Positions 17,540-26,925 are shown, counted from the first letter of the stretch. The stretch is 26,984 nucleotides of DNA from a virus (IMGVR_UViG_3300042318_000386:1-26984), one strand, 5' to 3'. Program-made: numbers and translations. The notes: a model not told the origin generated them from the sequence alone.

Positions 17540-18283
17540 CTAACCTAAAGATGATTCTAACATCTTTAGAGAGTCAAGACCTTCATCGCTTTGTAAGAAA
17601 TGAGCAACCATATCATAAGGGTCTTCTCCAAATGGAACAGACAACATTTTTTTCTTATTAGTAGTGGTATTAAACCATACTTCTTTTTCTGAATTTCTTA
17701 GTATTAATAGTTTATTTTCAAAAAACAAACGAATTTTTGCTTGAAATTTCAATTCAGGATCATTTAATACATTTAAAAATCCTTTAGGATCAGTTTTTGC
17801 ATACACTAAAATATCCCTTCTTAACTCCGAAGTTGATACTGTTGATGGGTCTTTGCCAAATAAAACTCTTGTTAAAGTCTCAATTTGATCAAGTGTAAGT
17901 TGACGAGCTTCAACTAATGCATCAACCTCTGTATTTAAATCCTCAACCTCTACGCTTGCATCTTTTTCTTTATCTACCTCAACAAAAATGTTTCCATTTA
18001 ATGGATGGTAGTGTAAGAATTGTTGTAAAACAGGATTTGTTCTTGGTACTCTTAAAAATCCATCCTCAAAAATAATTGGTTCAATAATAGCATTCCCATC
18101 TTGTTCATCCTCAAAAGGAGACTTTTGGTTTACTGAATACCTTAAAGCACGGTTTTGATTATTTTTTTCATCAAACCACATTAATGGGAAACGATGATGA
18201 TTTCTAGAAGCTAATGTGTATGAAAGTGGATTACCACCTTTTAATTTATATACTTTGTCTGTACTTACTGTAGTCTTTGCCAT
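17540..18283 (-). CDS. Conserved hypothetical protein downstream of the major capsid gene, 247 aa
   Basis: Clean ORF with an A-rich leader, flanked by two terminators; motif PIIFEDGFLRVPRTNPVLQQFLHYHP. Function not assignable from sequence. Confidence 0.75.
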   Translation of the reverse strand: MAKTTVSTDKVYKLKGGNPLSYTLASRNHHRFPLMWFDEKNNQNRALRYSVNQKSPFEDEQDGNAIIEPIIFEDGFLRVPRTNPVLQQFLHYHPLNGNIFVEVDKEKDASVEVEDLNTEVDALVEARQLTLDQIETLTRVLFGKDPSTVSTSELRRDILVYAKTDPKGFLNVLNDPELKFQAKIRLFFENKLLILRNSEKEVWFNTTTNKKKMLSVPFGEDPYDMVAHFLQSDEGLDSLKMLESSLG

Positions 18284-18310
18284 TTTATTTTATTTAATTT
18301 AATTTAATTT

Positions 18311-18341
18311 AAAAAGGAGAGTGTCTTTAAAGACACCCTCC
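18311..18341 (-). terminator. Rho-independent terminator after the major capsid gene
   Basis: Near-perfect inverted repeat GGAGGGTGTCTT-TA-AAGACACTCTCC followed by T5, 21 nt after the capsid stop codon. Confidence 0.85.
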
Positions 18342-18362
18342 ATATTTGTTTTTTCTTTAATA

Positions 18363-19781
18363 CTATCCGTAACGGAACAATACAAAGTTATTTGCTCCAA
18401 GAGTACATACGCAACGCTCAGAAAGGAAGTTAACCTCCATTGCATCCAAGTCGCTTGTAGCAGCACCACCGGCAGAACCTGTGATCCAAGTCTTATATCT
18501 ACGATCTTCAGCTTCAGAAGCACGGTACCTAACGTGTAAGAAAGGACGTTTAGCATTCTTGCCCATAATCTGATCGTAAACTGAGGTAGAACCTGCAGGA
18601 ACCATCAAACCTGTAATAGTACCTGTTGCAGTTGCAGCAGCACTACTCAAACCACCACGCATTGTTGGGTCATTCAAGTATTTCCAATCAGACTTGTAGA
18701 AATCATAACCTCTACGGAATCCTGTGAAACCTAAGTTTAACGCCATATCAACATCATTGTCAAAAAGACCATATGAAGCTGATTGAGAAGCAACACCTGC
18801 AGCGTAACCGTTTAGTTGAGCCAACATATTGTCGATATCAAAACTAAGACCACGATTTACAAATACTACGTTTTCTTCAATAGCACCTTGCTTATCCAAA
18901 CGAGAAACGATAGAATCCCAATCAGACAAAGTTGTTGGAGTACCACCACCCCATACGTTACCACGATCATTTACTACGTAGAAGATACCTTGAGAACCAA
19001 TGTATCCTGCAGTTGCAGCACCGGAAGTTGTTGCAGCAGGAACTGCTTCAATCATTGCAGTTTCTAGATAATCTTCAAAACGAAGACGAGTCTCGTGCTC
19101 TGATTTCAAATACCACAAGTATCCTGTAGCACCGTTCTCAGTAGTAACTTCAACCCATCCAATTTGAGCCATATCAGAACCATTAACCGCATACTTATCT
19201 TTAATGATAATAGGGTTATTGCTGTAGATATCATCTTCAGACTCTAGAGAACCAACCATTCCGTTAGTTCCTTTTTTAAACTCAGAACCGTAAATGAATA
19301 CAGTACAAGCTGTAGATACTGCAAACGCTTGACCTGCAGTCTCATAATAAGCTACAGTGAAAGTTGTTGCTGAACCTACTGCAGTTACAATAGCTTTGTT
19401 GAAAACACCTGTTGAGTTGTTTTGAATCATCAAAGTTTGTCCAACACGGATAGCTATGTAAGTTACACCGGCATCAGCTACAGTAAAAGTTGCTGTAGAA
19501 GCACCTGCTGCTGCTGCTGAAGTACAACTTGTGTACTTAATGTGTAAACGTCCTTGTTCTGCCCATTTAATTTGATCAGAGTTAGACGGCATCTCTGCTC
19601 CTACCATACGTAAGAAAGATGCGATTGTTCTGTTACCATAACGCTCAAATTCTTTCTCATAAGTATCAGGTAGATACTGATTTAAGAAGTTAAAGTTAGT
19701 AATGTAGTTTGTTTGTAATGCCACCTGTTCTGCAGAAGGCTGCAGGGCGAAGGTGGGATTATTTAATAATGCACTTGCCAT
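18363..19781 (-). CDS. Major capsid protein (HK97 fold expected), 472 aa
   Basis: Follows the portal and an acidic scaffold gene; higher GC and codon bias suggesting high expression; IKWAEQGRLH motif followed by a beta-rich insertion domain; followed by a strong terminator. Confidence 0.85.
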   Translation of the reverse strand: MASALLNNPTFALQPSAEQVALQTNYITNFNFLNQYLPDTYEKEFERYGNRTIASFLRMVGAEMPSNSDQIKWAEQGRLHIKYTSCTSAAAAGASTATFTVADAGVTYIAIRVGQTLMIQNNSTGVFNKAIVTAVGSATTFTVAYYETAGQAFAVSTACTVFIYGSEFKKGTNGMVGSLESEDDIYSNNPIIIKDKYAVNGSDMAQIGWVEVTTENGATGYLWYLKSEHETRLRFEDYLETAMIEAVPAATTSGAATAGYIGSQGIFYVVNDRGNVWGGGTPTTLSDWDSIVSRLDKQGAIEENVVFVNRGLSFDIDNMLAQLNGYAAGVASQSASYGLFDNDVDMALNLGFTGFRRGYDFYKSDWKYLNDPTMRGGLSSAAATATGTITGLMVPAGSTSVYDQIMGKNAKRPFLHVRYRASEAEDRRYKTWITGSAGGAATSDLDAMEVNFLSERCVCTLGANNFVLFRYG

Positions 19782-19803
19782 TTTTTTTAATTTTTAAATG
19801 TTT

Positions 19804-20901
19804 TTAAATCTTTTTTATACTGCGAATTTTTAAGTTTCTGCCTGAATCAGGGTTTATCGCTTTCACCTGCATTCCGTCTGTAGACTTGTTAACTTCGGGT
19901 GCTCTTCTCTCTGACATATTGATGTTTTTGGTTTTACGCATTACATCTTCAGTAGCATCAGATAACCCTTGTTCATAAAAAAACTTAGCAAACCTATCAG
20001 GGTTCATTGCTATAGACAATGATCTGTGATATCCTACAGCATCTTTAATTAAACCTTGCTCATCCAAATACTTGTTTATAAAGTTCTGAGGAGTCGATTG
20101 ATTCTTTTTTAACTCTGAGGCATCTCCGGGAGCAAACGTAATTTTTTTGTTATTGACATTGAACTCAAAACCTTTGAACTCATTTCCAAAAACATCATCT
20201 GTCTTTTGGTTAAACCATTGACGTTTACGATTGTTCTCTTCTTCTATTGTCTTTGCTTGTTTGGTATACTGCTTGTAGCTTTGATACATCTCTTTCTCAT
20301 CATCGGAAACAAATGCCTCACTTGACTCAAGGGGCACTTTGTATTTCTCTTTTTGAGAATTGAAGTATTTTTTAGCCTCAGCAATAACTTTCTTTTTGGC
20401 GATTTTAACTTTCTTTACAGTTAATTCATCGTCAATATCTTCATCAAATCTGTAATCCTCCATTAATGTATCTATATCATTACTATCAAGACCTTCTTGT
20501 GTAGATATAAGATAATCTTTAAGGAGTTGTTCAGAATCTATTGAATCATAATCCTTGTTCAATTTAAGAAAATCTTCAAATCCCCTACCTGTTTCTTTTT
20601 TATATTTCATATAAGCAGAAACATCTTCAGGCAATTGTTCATTTTCTTTACGTTCAGCCATCAACTCATCAAATGAGTTAATTTGCTTATTGTATCTTTT
20701 TCCAATATATGAAAGAACGTCCTCTTCCTTTAACTCCAAATCTGAATTTTGTACAGTGTCGTGTACAACATTTTCAGGTATTTGCAAATCTTCTTGTTCA
20801 TTGCTTAACGATTGCTCGTGTTTTTCGAGTAACTGTGTTTCAACTTCTTGAACGCTTTTCGGTTCAATTACATCTAATGATCTAACTTTTAATAATTCCA
20901 T
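19804..20901 (-). CDS. Putative capsid scaffolding protein, 365 aa
   Basis: Very acidic, low-complexity N-terminus, coiled-coil middle and basic C-terminal tip; lies between portal and capsid genes. Confidence 0.7.
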   Translation of the reverse strand: MELLKVRSLDVIEPKSVQEVETQLLEKHEQSLSNEQEDLQIPENVVHDTVQNSDLELKEEDVLSYIGKRYNKQINSFDELMAERKENEQLPEDVSAYMKYKKETGRGFEDFLKLNKDYDSIDSEQLLKDYLISTQEGLDSNDIDTLMEDYRFDEDIDDELTVKKVKIAKKKVIAEAKKYFNSQKEKYKVPLESSEAFVSDDEKEMYQSYKQYTKQAKTIEEENNRKRQWFNQKTDDVFGNEFKGFEFNVNNKKITFAPGDASELKKNQSTPQNFINKYLDEQGLIKDAVGYHRSLSIAMNPDRFAKFFYEQGLSDATEDVMRKTKNINMSERRAPEVNKSTDGMQVKAINPDSGRNLKIRSIKKI

Positions 20902-20921
20902 TTGATTTGATTTTATTTATA

Positions 20922-20929
20922 CAAAAATA
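20922..20929 (-). promoter_or_regulatory. Bacteroidota-type -7 promoter box (TATTTTTG)
   Basis: Exact TAnnTTTG match in the portal-scaffold spacer, 20 nt before the ATG at 20901. Confidence 0.55.
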
Positions 20930-20948
20930 TATAAAAAATTTGATATTT

Positions 20949-23384
20949 TTATCTAGGCGAAAATTCTGCTAGATCAAACCCATCTAAACTATCCTCATTT
21001 GATTCAAAACTCATTGGAGGAAGATTGTTTTTTCTTTGATTAATTAACTTAGATTGCTCAGTATTTTGTTGGCTAATTCTTTTTGCCTTAGCATCTTCTT
21101 TCTTTTGCTCTCTTTCAGTTAGATTATTAATCTCCATTCCGTGCATTTGTTGACTATATTGGAACTCTTCAGCCATTAATTGAGATTTTAACTCAGCTTC
21201 TTTCTGCATTTTTTCTATTTCAAATGCAATCTCAGCTTGTTTAATCTGCATTTTAGACCTAGTCTCCATATCAATTTTTTGCATTGCCATTTGACCTGCC
21301 ATTTCTTGAGACTTCAATTGTTGTTGAGCAATCATAGCTTGCTTTTGCATAGCCATTTTTTCCTCACGTTCTTGAGTCTTAATGCGCTTCATCTTTAATA
21401 ATTGATTAGCAAGTTTAAGATTCCTTATCTCACGTATATCAATTGCATCTTCAAGATTAATATCACCTTTAGCTAATGCCATTTGAATATTAGCTTCAAG
21501 CTGTGCTTTTTGTTCTTCATCAGGAGAAATCTCAATGAATATACCAAAATCATAAATATAAAGGTCTTTAATATCGTTTAATATAGATACATTGTATTTA
21601 CCAATCTGATTTGTAAATTCATCTTTAAAGTCAGCGTATTGTAAAATATCACCAACCCTATAAGTTAATGCTTCTGCTAATGAACGATATATATACAAAG
21701 AACCATCAAGTATATGTCTTGTGGCTGTATTTGAGTTTAATGCTGCTAGCTTTTGTAAACCAACCAATGAATTAGGGTCAGGATTAGAACCATCTCTTGC
21801 TTCATTAAGACCGGTCACAGACCTAATCATATCCACATAATGGTTCATATTTGTAATAAGCATTTGAGTTTTGCCTGCTCCTGAGTTAGAGTTTAACTGA
21901 GTAATAGGAACTCTTGCATTATTAAAGTCACCATCTTGAGTAAAGCTTCTACCAATTACACTACCTGTTTGGAAGTACAATCTTAAAGCATCTTCAGGAT
22001 TGTAAGCATTACCTGTTCCTAAATCAATTTCACTTAATCCATCTGCATCTATAAATACACCATCAGGAACTGTACGTGCAATAACTTGTTGTAATTTTAA
22101 ATGTGTTATTTGAATTAAATCAGCAAATGGTATCATCCTTCTGCATAATGATTCAATTACTCCTTTGTACATACGTGGAGCACAAGCAACATAGTTTGGT
22201 AGTGCGTGTTGAGTAGATGAACTTGGACGAACCATATTTTCAGATAACCTCCATTGTAATATCATATTTGTACCCATTACCATTATACCCTCATACCAAA
22301 CATCAATTGTTTTCTCTATCTTCTCAAAATTACCTTCCTCCATTTTTTCAGCAGGAGGATTAAATGTATCATCTTTTTCAATAATGCGTGAACCACCACC
22401 TTCAAGATTTTTCTTTTTATAAACTACTTTCTTACTTGTTTTATAGTTGAAATATAAAAGCGTACAAGTATCTCTATAAAACATACTGTTCTCATAAAAC
22501 TGAGCAACATTATAATAATCATACCAAGATTGGCTGTATTGTGTAATTTCTTGTAAATCTTCTTTAGTTAAAGATTGGTCAATTTTCATTAACTCAATTA
22601 TTGGAACTGTTTTAATTTCACCCCAATAAAAACAATCTTTAAAGAATGGATCCTCAGTATAACTATAAACAACATTAGCAGGATCTACATATGAAACCTT
22701 AACACCTGCGCCTTGTAAAAACTCGTGCTTTGCAATTCCTAAACCAACAACTGTAATATCGTAATCAATTCTTTTACGAATATCATCATAATGATTTGCG
22801 TCAAATATTGTATTGATAGCTTCTTCTTCTGCAATCTCAATAGCAGGTTTATAATTTAATTGCATATACAATGACAATTCCTCATCCGTTTCAGGCAATT
22901 TATCAGGATCCATCACAAATGGATTTACTCCTGTCATTTCCTGAATTTTAGTTAGAATAGGTTTACCTGCCATTTGAGTTTCAACCATATCTTGATATCT
23001 ACTTCTTTTAGATTGAGACATCGCATCTTGTGCATAAGCCTTTACCTTAAAAAGTCTATCAGACATACCATTGACAACAATGTCAATAAACTTAGGAATA
23101 ATAGGAACCGGAGTCCAATCTAAATTTAAATAAGATAAATCTCCATCAATCGCTAATTCATTTTTATACTTAGCAATTGACTGTTCGCCACGTGCGTACA
23201 ATCTTACTCTACGAAAATCTCTCCATTGACTATAATATCTACAAGAACTTCCGTCTTTACGAAACCACTCATATTGTATTGCTTGACCTATTTGTAAGCC
23301 AAATTCCTTTGATGCTTTTTCCGAATCAGTTACTAACTGACTTGGAAAAGATGTTGCATTTACTTGTATTGCTATATTTTTCAT
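20949..23384 (-). CDS. Portal protein, 811 aa
   Basis: Directly follows the terminase (ATGA overlap); YLNLDWTPVPIIPKFIDIVVNG and IRSVTGLNEARDGS motifs; long Gln/Glu/Met-rich C-terminal coiled coil like a P22-type portal barrel. Confidence 0.85.
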   Translation of the reverse strand: MKNIAIQVNATSFPSQLVTDSEKASKEFGLQIGQAIQYEWFRKDGSSCRYYSQWRDFRRVRLYARGEQSIAKYKNELAIDGDLSYLNLDWTPVPIIPKFIDIVVNGMSDRLFKVKAYAQDAMSQSKRSRYQDMVETQMAGKPILTKIQEMTGVNPFVMDPDKLPETDEELSLYMQLNYKPAIEIAEEEAINTIFDANHYDDIRKRIDYDITVVGLGIAKHEFLQGAGVKVSYVDPANVVYSYTEDPFFKDCFYWGEIKTVPIIELMKIDQSLTKEDLQEITQYSQSWYDYYNVAQFYENSMFYRDTCTLLYFNYKTSKKVVYKKKNLEGGGSRIIEKDDTFNPPAEKMEEGNFEKIEKTIDVWYEGIMVMGTNMILQWRLSENMVRPSSSTQHALPNYVACAPRMYKGVIESLCRRMIPFADLIQITHLKLQQVIARTVPDGVFIDADGLSEIDLGTGNAYNPEDALRLYFQTGSVIGRSFTQDGDFNNARVPITQLNSNSGAGKTQMLITNMNHYVDMIRSVTGLNEARDGSNPDPNSLVGLQKLAALNSNTATRHILDGSLYIYRSLAEALTYRVGDILQYADFKDEFTNQIGKYNVSILNDIKDLYIYDFGIFIEISPDEEQKAQLEANIQMALAKGDINLEDAIDIREIRNLKLANQLLKMKRIKTQEREEKMAMQKQAMIAQQQLKSQEMAGQMAMQKIDMETRSKMQIKQAEIAFEIEKMQKEAELKSQLMAEEFQYSQQMHGMEINNLTEREQKKEDAKAKRISQQNTEQSKLINQRKNNLPPMSFESNEDSLDGFDLAEFSPR

Positions 23385-25630
23385 CTAATCAATTGACTTG
23401 TTGTACCATCATTTGTATACTTGGCGAAGTTAATAATTAATTTTGATTCTTTTTTCTCCGGCATATACATATGTTTTTGATTTGCCATTATGCATAAACC
23501 TGAACTAATGGAGGCATCAAATTTTGTTCTATCGTTAATGTCAAATTTTGCCCAATCCTCAAGGGTCCTTGTAAATGACATTGTACCCATTTCTTCAGGA
23601 TCTCTGTACTTTGCTTCCAAATCCATCCCCACAAATTTCTCAATATACGACTCAATAGCTGATGCGTGTGCTTGCTTTACGTCTTCAGAAGAGTTGGGTA
23701 TACCCCCAAGTTCACGCTCAGTCTTTGACAGTTTCATTAACTGCTTGTCAGGACGGTTTAAACTGTATCCCCTATAGCCTCTATTTTTAATATGGTATAA
23801 TAGTCTTGGTTTGTTATTCTCTACTAATATTGGCATACCGTAAAATACAATTGCCATCAATACCTCCTCAAAGAATATCTCTGCTGTTTGAGGACGAGCA
23901 ATGTATTCTAGAAAAAACTGATTGACAGGAGCATCGTCCATATGGAACTTAGTCATACCGTGCAATGCTCCATTGGACCCACGACCACCCACCACTGCTG
24001 AGATATCATAAGAGTCACAACCAAAGGAACCAAGATGCTCGTTGCCGGGATACTTAATACCATTTCTTATATGAACATTATTTTGCATATGCTTGGGTGG
24101 AGCCCAACTAATATTGAATCTACCCCTTTGTTCAGGAGTCCATATAACTTGTGTATCTTTTATACCATCTTTCCACGAGAATGACCCACGAGTAAGATAA
24201 TGATCCTTAATCATTGAGTCGTTATAGTCAATTTGCTGATATATCTTAGTTAAGTTAAATAGAGCCTGTTTACTCTCATCTCTGAATGCGTGTGACTCAG
24301 TACGTGGGAACTGACGATAAAACTCATTTAAGGCATCTGCATCACTCTTTAATGACTCAACCTCAGCTTCCCAATAGTCAATGGCTCCATTTTTAATCCA
24401 TCCACCATCTACACCCATTATAGGTTCAGCAGGTTTATGGAATACAGGATGACCGTATCTATCAATAAACCCTTCCATATTCCATTCCATTGGCACAAAT
24501 AAAGCATATAATCCGCTTTTTGTTTGTCCATTTGCATTTCTAACAATTACTTTTGAATCCTCATAAATATCTTTAAAGTTTTGTCCTCCTCTACTTAATG
24601 CATTTGATGTTGACCCCATCATACACTTACCAATTATCTTGCTACCTAAACGCAAACAAGTTTTAGTTACACGCCAATTCTCTTTGATGTTTACAGGTTT
24701 TGTCCATTTACCTGCTTCGTCCGAAGCCAAAAACAATAACTTCTCTCCATCATAGGAGTTGTCTTCTGTATTCTTCCAATCTATTGATGTATCTAGACCA
24801 TCCACATCATTGTCATTGGTCTCATACATATTCTTTTTTGTAATCTTTGCTGCAGGGACCCGGTACGCCAACTCAGTCTTTGGTTTATCCATACCGTCCA
24901 TAATAGGCTTAAAGAAAAAAGGTAGCCTACTATTAATAGGAACTACCTTGTCTGTAAACATCTTTTTAGCATCAGCACCCGTCTTAGACAAGATACCTAT
25001 ACGTGCGTCACGTGCGAGGGTACCTATATTAACGCATTCTGAGGATGACATAAAGGAGAACCCTGAACGCCTAATCTTTAAGTATATCATACCAAATGAT
25101 CTAGGATCAGCACGACAGGCTTCCCAAAATATCCAATAGATTCTATTTGCTTCACGGAAGTCAGGATAGCCTACGTCAATACTAGACCACTGCAGGTACA
25201 TATAGTGAGAACCTGTAATGTATGTTTTTACACCGTTATTGGTAAACCAAAATCCCTGCTCTCTTTTATCAAACTCTTGCTCGATATAATCTACCCACCT
25301 ATCTTTAAATTCTTTTGGTTTATCGTTCCACTGAAATATGGATTGTATTTTAAACAACTCACGAGGCAAGTCTTCTCTCTCCCAATACTGTTCAGCTTTT
25401 GATGGATGTCTTTGAAAACATCTATCAGGTGTGGCAGGCAAAGCAATCTTTAATCCTGATATGTCAATTACTTGACCTATCTGCCCGGTCTTTGATATTA
25501 CCACTACATCATATTGGTCATTATACCCATATATCCACGACCTCACTCTATTTTTATTAGAGATAACGGCTGCCGGTATGTGGTTATCAACTATACGACA
25601 TAAACTATTGCTTTGACCTTCTTTCTGCAA
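23381..25630 (-). CDS. terL: Terminase large subunit, about 749 aa (start uncertain; TTG called)
   Basis: Walker A-like LKIRRSGFS, Walker B LFLASDEAGKW, coupling motif MGST, and an RNase H-like nuclease region (FGCDSYD, ILVENNK, KFDASISSG); directly upstream of the portal. Confidence 0.9.
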   Translation of the reverse strand: MQKEGQSNSLCRIVDNHIPAAVISNKNRVRSWIYGYNDQYDVVVISKTGQIGQVIDISGLKIALPATPDRCFQRHPSKAEQYWEREDLPRELFKIQSIFQWNDKPKEFKDRWVDYIEQEFDKREQGFWFTNNGVKTYITGSHYMYLQWSSIDVGYPDFREANRIYWIFWEACRADPRSFGMIYLKIRRSGFSFMSSSECVNIGTLARDARIGILSKTGADAKKMFTDKVVPINSRLPFFFKPIMDGMDKPKTELAYRVPAAKITKKNMYETNDNDVDGLDTSIDWKNTEDNSYDGEKLLFLASDEAGKWTKPVNIKENWRVTKTCLRLGSKIIGKCMMGSTSNALSRGGQNFKDIYEDSKVIVRNANGQTKSGLYALFVPMEWNMEGFIDRYGHPVFHKPAEPIMGVDGGWIKNGAIDYWEAEVESLKSDADALNEFYRQFPRTESHAFRDESKQALFNLTKIYQQIDYNDSMIKDHYLTRGSFSWKDGIKDTQVIWTPEQRGRFNISWAPPKHMQNNVHIRNGIKYPGNEHLGSFGCDSYDISAVVGGRGSNGALHGMTKFHMDDAPVNQFFLEYIARPQTAEIFFEEVLMAIVFYGMPILVENNKPRLLYHIKNRGYRGYSLNRPDKQLMKLSKTERELGGIPNSSEDVKQAHASAIESYIEKFVGMDLEAKYRDPEEMGTMSFTRTLEDWAKFDINDRTKFDASISSGLCIMANQKHMYMPEKKESKLIINFAKYTNDGTTSQLIR
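23425..23432 (-). promoter_or_regulatory. Near-consensus -7 promoter box (TAACTTCG) inside the terminase 3' end
   Basis: One mismatch to TAnnTTTG, 40 nt upstream of the portal ATG. Confidence 0.3.
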
Positions 25631-25892
25631 ATCCTTGTTTTGTATCTGTTTTACTTATCCCTTTGTCTATTGACTCAAGGTTTTCTTTTTCTGCTTCTAT
25701 TCTACTTAGTATCTCAAATGCATCAAAGATGGCTAACTTCTTAGCTGCTGCTGCATTTTTCATTTTATCTGCAGACACATCAGTATCTGATTCAGTATTG
25801 ATAATATCTTCTTCAGCCACCTTTATAAGATGGTTAACCGCTTTGTATCCTGCTTCAATAATCCTTAGTTTTATCTCTTTAGTATCTCTCAT
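25605..25892 (-). CDS. Small helical protein, putative terminase small subunit, 95 aa
   Basis: Immediately upstream of and overlapping terL; helical with ADKMKNAAAAKKLAIFDAFEIL and C-terminal GFAERRSK. The function is inferred from position only. Confidence 0.55.
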   Translation of the reverse strand: MRDTKEIKLRIIEAGYKAVNHLIKVAEEDIINTESDTDVSADKMKNAAAAKKLAIFDAFEILSRIEAEKENLESIDKGISKTDTKQGFAERRSKQ

Positions 25893-26365
25893 TACTTAGC
25901 TTTTAAAAATATTACTTGCACTAACCTTGCACTTTTATCTTGTCCAAAATTCTCTAGAATGTTTCTTGAATGCGGAGCATCTGAGTCAAAAGCTATCATT
26001 CGATTAAACTTAGAGTGTATGGTAATCAATGAGTTATTGTTCTCATCGTATATTGTAGTGCCATCATTTTCAGGGGCATCCTCGTTTAAATATAAAATAC
26101 AAGTAATGTCTCCCATCATCTCATCAGTGTGGATAAAGTTAGGTTCTACCTGATTGAGTGGTGACTTACGTATAAAATTAAAATTTACACGGAAATCACT
26201 GAATAGCTCGGTAACGTACCGGGCAAACTCATCGTAGTTGTCTCTTGACTGAATGTTCCGGAATGTGTTATCACCGTCTGCCACGTCTTTAAATTCGTGA
26301 GTGTGTATATCGGATACATAGGTTTTGGGGTCTTTAATAACGTCATCAAATGTGATTAGATTCAT
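25892..26365 (-). CDS. 2OG-Fe(II) dioxygenase-like protein, 157 aa
   Basis: HxD (IHTDE), TCILYLN, GTTIY, FNRMIAFD, distal His (PHSR) and 2OG-binding Arg (ARLVQVIF); coupled to both neighbours (ATGA and TAATG overlaps). Confidence 0.8.
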   Translation of the reverse strand: MNLITFDDVIKDPKTYVSDIHTHEFKDVADGDNTFRNIQSRDNYDEFARYVTELFSDFRVNFNFIRKSPLNQVEPNFIHTDEMMGDITCILYLNEDAPENDGTTIYDENNNSLITIHSKFNRMIAFDSDAPHSRNILENFGQDKSARLVQVIFLKAK

Positions 26366-26925
26366 AGTTTAATTGTTATTTGGTGGTCATACATTCTATA
26401 TAACTTCTCATTATCAACTGTAAACTCATACTCACTATCAGGGGAGAAACACACCATATCACCTGCTTTGATGCCACGCTCAATTAAGTACTTATTTGAG
26501 TACTTTATTATCCCCATTAAAGGTTCTTCTGAGAATGGCTTCTTTATATAACTTTCAGTTGCAGCAATAGGCTTTACAAAACAATACTTATCATAAGAGT
26601 TCCACGTGGAACCTTGTTTGTACATAAAAAATTGATCAGTCTCAATAAAGAATATATCATCCCTAAAGAAACTTTTACCACTCCTTTGCCTACCCCTTAC
26701 ATCATTATAAAACTTAAAAGCATTGTGGTGTACAAGTAATGTATCACCCTGTTGAATAGGACCCTTGTAACCCAATGGAACTTCTACAACTTCAGCAAAT
26801 CTATTAGAAAACTTATGGTCTTCCTCAGAAGTACTAACAATAAAGTCAATTCCTCCTATATTTTTTGTGTTGTCGTATCTTTTTCCATTCATTGGTTTGA
26901 CAATGAAATAGAATGGAGACTGCAT
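26362..26925 (-). CDS. GroES/Cpn10-like protein with two tandem GroES-like units, 187 aa
   Basis: Unit 1: FIVKP...AEVVEVP...IQQGDTLLVH. Unit 2: CFVKP...GIIKY...GIKAGDMVCF...YEFTVDNEKLYRMYDHQI, resembling the GroES C-terminal VKVGD.V.F...EVKIDGEEYLI pattern. Confidence 0.6.
   Translation of the reverse strand: MQSPFYFIVKPMNGKRYDNTKNIGGIDFIVSTSEEDHKFSNRFAEVVEVPLGYKGPIQQGDTLLVHHNAFKFYNDVRGRQRSGKSFFRDDIFFIETDQFFMYKQGSTWNSYDKYCFVKPIAATESYIKKPFSEEPLMGIIKYSNKYLIERGIKAGDMVCFSPDSEYEFTVDNEKLYRMYDHQITIKL

Noticed and set aside
18299-18556. 85-aa minus-strand ORF overlapping the capsid 3' end, as a possible T7 gp10B-like frameshift extension
   Set aside because: It is in the +1 frame with no evident shift site, would add only about 20 aa, and runs through the terminator hairpin.
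25587-25601. Mini-ORF ATG TCG TAT AGT TGA just after the 95-aa gene stop, as the true terminase start
   Set aside because: It is out of frame with terL and ends after four codons; nothing else supports it.
5780-25607. TAG or TGA reassignment as in some crAss-like phages; three TAG stops (5795, 17540, 18363) are followed by an in-frame TAA within 0-4 codons
   Set aside because: All long genes are intact under the standard code, and nearby TAA codons are expected in AT-rich spacers.
7073-26153. Remaining + strand ORFs opposite structural genes (7073, 8670, 18321, 18816, 18932, 23177, 23490, 24759, 25205, 25663, 25959)
   Set aside because: All are antisense to well-supported genes and show no recognisable motifs.
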